Of a stretch of 64,000 bases of DNA, positions 60,943 through 64,000 are shown one piece after another (position 1 is the first letter of the stretch; every line of letters begins with the position of its first letter). The stretch is from an uncultured Candidatus Actinomarina sp. (GTDB taxonomy: Bacteria; Actinomycetota; Acidimicrobiia; Actinomarinales; Actinomarinaceae), in contig CACDUI010000001.1 in NCBI GenBank assembly GCA_902555985.1, forward strand, positions 145,943 to 209,942. Direction: 5' to 3'. A program made the position numbers and the translations under genes. A model generated the notes under the pieces. That model was not told the origin of the DNA. It saw only the letters and a program-made list of their open reading frames with translations, and made no database searches.

Positions 60943-62208
60943 ATGCAAAAAAACGTTAAAAAATATGATGTTTTAATTATTGGAGCTGGCCCTGCAGGAG
61001 CAAATGCTGCAATTTCATATAAAAATTTAAATCCTAATTTAGTTATTGGTTTAGTAGACAAATCACTATTTCCTAGAGATAAATCATGTGGTGATGCAAT
61101 AGGCCCTGGTGTTATAAGTGCGCTAAAAAGATTCAACAATGAACATATTTTAGAGGGAGAGCCTCAAGTTGTTTCAACCACTCTTTATGGACCGGATAAT
61201 ATTGGAATTCAAAATTATATTCCTCAAGTCAAAAATAAAGAGGATTCAATAGTTTATGTTATACCTCGCATTGACCTTGATAACAGAATATTAAACCTTG
61301 CTAAGGAGGCTGGAGTTGACGTTTATGAGGGTTTTAGTTTTGTAGACTTTACTTCTAATGAAGACAAAAGTATAAACATAAAGATTAAAAATGATAATGA
61401 AGATTTAGAATTTTTAACAAAGATTCTTGTAGGAGCTGATGGAGCAAACTCTAGAATTAGAAAAAAATTAAAATATGAACCTAATTCTGATTGGCATAAA
61501 GCAATTGCTATAAGAGCCTACATTGACAGTCCAAACTACTTGGAAATATTTAATGAGAGAACATTAATGTTTGAGATTAATGTTTCAGCTGATAAAGGCT
61601 ATGCCTGGGCATTTCCAAGCAAAGGCAATTTATTAAATATTGGAATCGGTGTTCCAGTAAGTATTTTTAAAAAGGATAAGTTAGATATTAATAAACTGCT
61701 AGACAATTTTGTTTTAGAGCTTGAGGGCAGGGGTGTGGTCGTAGAAAACATAAGAAAGCAAAAATCATATTTACTACCTTTTGCATCTTCTCGTCCAAAA
61801 AGAAATAAAGATTTTAATGTTGCTTTAATTGGGGATGCAAGTTCCATGATAAATCCAATGAGCGGAGAGGGAATTTTCTATGGCATGGAAGCTGGATATC
61901 TATTAGCTAAAAATACGTACAATATACTTGATACTGAAGCGATTAGTCAAGGAATTGATAGATATGAAAAGGAATTTACAAAGAGATTTAGAAAGCATTA
62001 TTTAAGCTGTGCTTTAGCAAGACTTATTCTTCAGAGTCCTTTTATGACAAAAAGGCTCTTAAGAATAGCATCAAACGATCAAGATACTATTGATTTCGTA
62101 GTGGAGTTATTATTTGATGAAGCATACTTAACCATTAAAGAAGTAGTAAAAATAGCCTACAAATTCCTACTCCCTTCAAAATTATTAACTTCTCTCTCAA
62201 AAAACTAA
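60943..62208 (+). CDS. Geranylgeranyl reductase family FAD-dependent oxidoreductase (menaquinone/polyprenyl reductase-like)
   Basis: YDVLIIGAGPAGANAA (FAD GxGxxG), a second FAD motif GDASSMINPMSGEGI, and CGDAIG. Confidence 0.78.
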   Translation: MQKNVKKYDVLIIGAGPAGANAAISYKNLNPNLVIGLVDKSLFPRDKSCGDAIGPGVISALKRFNNEHILEGEPQVVSTTLYGPDNIGIQNYIPQVKNKEDSIVYVIPRIDLDNRILNLAKEAGVDVYEGFSFVDFTSNEDKSINIKIKNDNEDLEFLTKILVGADGANSRIRKKLKYEPNSDWHKAIAIRAYIDSPNYLEIFNERTLMFEINVSADKGYAWAFPSKGNLLNIGIGVPVSIFKKDKLDINKLLDNFVLELEGRGVVVENIRKQKSYLLPFASSRPKRNKDFNVALIGDASSMINPMSGEGIFYGMEAGYLLAKNTYNILDTEAISQGIDRYEKEFTKRFRKHYLSCALARLILQSPFMTKRLLRIASNDQDTIDFVVELLFDEAYLTIKEVVKIAYKFLLPSKLLTSLSKN

Positions 62209-62256
62209 TCAGTGAAATTATTTAACATATTATTGGTAGTACAATAAGGGTATAGC

Positions 62257-62274
62257 TTGTGAAATTTTTCACAA
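62257..62274 (+). promoter_or_regulatory. Rex operator (ROP) 14 nt upstream of nuoA
   Basis: TTGTGAAATTTTTCACAA is a perfect palindrome matching the Rex consensus TTGTGAA-N4-TTCACAA. Confidence 0.7.
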
Positions 62275-62287
62275 ATATGGAGGGAAC

Positions 62288-62689
62288 ATGTTAGATTGGC
62301 TTCCAATACTAGTTATGTTGGTTGTTGCTGTTGGCTTTGCTTTGGCGTCTTTAGGAGCTTCCTATATTTTATCTCCAAAAAATGCAACACCTGAAAAACT
62401 TGCTCCATACGAATGCGGAATTTTTCCTGAAGTTGAGCCGTCTCAAAGATTTCCAGTTAAATTTTATATGGTTGCAATGCTCTATATTGTTTTTGATATT
62501 GAAATAATATTTTTGCTTGCTTGGGCAACAAGATTTAACGACCTAGGTTGGTTTGGTATTGCTGCAATATCAATATTTACATTTTTTGTTCTTGAGACTC
62601 TTTATTATGTGTGGAAAAAAGGAGTTTTAGATTGGAATATTCCTCGTAGAGAGAGATATTTTAAAGAAGACTTGCAAGAGGTAGCTTAA
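62288..62689 (+). CDS. nuoA: NADH-quinone oxidoreductase subunit A
   Basis: 133 aa, 3 TM, with the [10 protein letters not shown] motif. Confidence 0.88.
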   Translation: MLDWLPILVMLVVAVGFALASLGASYILSPKNATPEKLAPYECGIFPEVEPSQRFPVKFYMVAMLYIVFDIEIIFLLAWATRFNDLGWFGIAAISIFTFFVLETLYYVWKKGVLDWNIPRRERYFKEDLQEVA

Positions 62690-63150
62690 TGTATACTCCA
62701 GATAATATTTTTACAACAACTATTGATAAAGCTGTTAGATGGTCAAGAACTCAATCTATGTGGCCAGTCACATTTGGTTTAGCATGTTGTGCTATTGAGA
62801 TGATGGCAGCTGGAAGCGCTAAATATGACCTAGCAAGGTATGGAATGGAAGTTTTCAGAGCATCACCAAGACAAGCTGATTTGATGATTGTAGCTGGAAG
62901 AGTTTCTCAAAAAATGGCGCCAGTTTTAAGACAGGTGTATGACCAAATGGCTGATCCTAAATGGGTTATTGCTATGGGTGCATGTTCATCAACTGGTGGC
63001 ATGTTTAATAATTACGCATTAGTTCAAGGAGTAGACCATATAGTACCTGTTGATATATACGTACCAGGCTGCCCTCCTGGACCACAGTCTCTCATGCACG
63101 GAATATTGACACTCCATGAAAAAATAATGGATGGTGAGATAAATAGATGA
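62689..63150 (+). CDS. nuoB: NADH-quinone oxidoreductase subunit B
   Basis: [10 protein letters not shown]...GACSSTGG...PGCPP ligands for the N2 Fe-S cluster. Confidence 0.9.
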   Translation: MYTPDNIFTTTIDKAVRWSRTQSMWPVTFGLACCAIEMMAAGSAKYDLARYGMEVFRASPRQADLMIVAGRVSQKMAPVLRQVYDQMADPKWVIAMGACSSTGGMFNNYALVQGVDHIVPVDIYVPGCPPGPQSLMHGILTLHEKIMDGEINR

Positions 63151-63560
63151 ATCCTGTAATTATAGAAACAACTCCAGAAGAATATAAAGATTTGATTGAT
63201 TCTATTAAAAATGATGGTTTTGAAATGATGGTTGATTTAACAGTAGTTGATTGGTTCAGAAAAAAAGAACCTAGATTCGAAGTAGTTGTACAGTTTTTGT
63301 CAACTTCTCAAAATTTGCGAAAAACTATAAAAGTTTTCGTTAAGGATGAAGATTTAACCTTACCTTCAATAACTGAAATATACCCAAGTGCTAATTTTTA
63401 TGAAAGAGAAGCATACGATATGTTTGGTATTATTTTTGAAAACCACCCTGATTTGACCAGAATTTTAATGCCAGACGATTGGGAAGGCCATCCATTAAGA
63501 AAAAATTATGGATCAGGAAGAATACCTGTTCAATTTAAGAATGCACCAAAGGTTGATTAA
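63147..63560 (+). CDS. nuoC: NADH-quinone oxidoreductase subunit C (short form, 137 aa)
   Basis: [37 protein letters not shown] matches the NuoC core. Confidence 0.85.
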   Translation: MNPVIIETTPEEYKDLIDSIKNDGFEMMVDLTVVDWFRKKEPRFEVVVQFLSTSQNLRKTIKVFVKDEDLTLPSITEIYPSANFYEREAYDMFGIIFENHPDLTRILMPDDWEGHPLRKNYGSGRIPVQFKNAPKVD

Positions 63561-63695
63561 TTGAAAAATAATAATATTAAAAAAAGCAAACTTTCAAACT
63601 TTAAAAATAAGTTAGATTTTTGGGCAACAAATTCAGAAGAAGGTGGATGGAACGTATCTTCAACTGATGAAGGTTCTCAAAAGATGCTTGAAAAC

Positions 63696-64000
63696 GAGAA
63701 TGAAAAACAAATAAAAATTCAAACTGGAACAGAAGTTGTTGATGATTTTGTTATTGAAGAAGAAACATCAGATGATGAAAGAATGATTGTCAATATGGGG
63801 CCCCAACACCCATCAACCCATGGAGTATTAAGGCTTCAAGCTGAGCTAGAAGGAGAAGTTGTTAGAAGAGTAAAACCAATTATTGGCTACTTACATACTG
63901 GAATGGAAAAGACAGGTGAAGAGTTAAATTACTTTCAAGGACCCACAAATACGACAAGAATGGATTATCTTTCACCATTATTCAATGAGCTAGTCTTTTC
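63696..64000 (+). CDS. nuoD: NADH-quinone oxidoreductase subunit D, 3'-partial. The alternative start is the in-frame TTG at 63561, immediately after the nuoC stop.
   Basis: [19 protein letters not shown]...GYLHTGMEK. The frame stays open to the window end. Confidence 0.85.

Noticed and set aside
1-64000. Search for CRISPR arrays, IS elements, integrases, phage genes, toxin-antitoxin pairs or defence systems.
   Set aside because: I saw no direct-repeat/spacer array, no transposase, integrase or recombinase-like ORF, and no compositional island. Every substantial ORF is accounted for by housekeeping or transport functions. The window looks like core chromosome.

Overview
This 64 kb window is a gene-dense, AT-rich stretch of a streamlined genome. 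GC is visibly low, roughly one third, but was not computed exactly. Most neighbouring genes overlap by 1-14 nt (ATGA/TAATG type), often across convergent 3' ends, and there are only two clear intrinsic terminators. Gene content and order are actinobacterial. From memory of the Mycobacterium tuberculosis H37Rv map, tilS-hpt-ftsH-folE-folP-folB-folK-panC-coaX-lysS...clpC and carD-ispF-cysS-TrmH-family methyltransferase are syntenic, the ClpC N-terminus is actinobacterial-type, and rex sits next to the nuoA-D operon. By inference the source is a low-GC streamlined actinobacterium, plausibly a marine Actinomarinales-like lineage; no tools were run. I found no mobile elements, integrases, CRISPR arrays or rRNA. 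One tRNA-Thr(UGU) is present. The content is core metabolism: leuCD, a membrane H+/Na+-pyrophosphatase with a cation/proton antiporter, topA-tmk-holB, a P450/AlkA/MFS cluster, metK/metY/metX, folate/pantothenate/CoA genes, a nucleoside-salvage cluster, disA, a Liv-type amino-acid ABC system, and rex with nuo. The points worth a second look are these. (a) Two copies of a conserved structured RNA with covarying hairpins and a SAM-I/IV-like core lie upstream of metK and of metY-metX, and are probably SAM riboswitches. (b) A perfect 18-bp Rex operator, TTGTGAA-N4-TTCACAA, sits 14 nt upstream of nuoA with rex encoded beside it. (c) A bacterial indoleamine 2,3-dioxygenase homologue is translationally coupled to an alanine-dehydrogenase-family enzyme at the 5' edge. 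(d) nuoC and nuoD share a reading frame and are separated only by a single TAA. (e) A tandem-duplicated histidine-phosphatase protein follows hppA. (f) A protein with a phosphatase-like fold but no catalytic Cys is inserted in the fol operon. (g) Several conserved-looking palindromes and hairpins occupy the few non-coding gaps.
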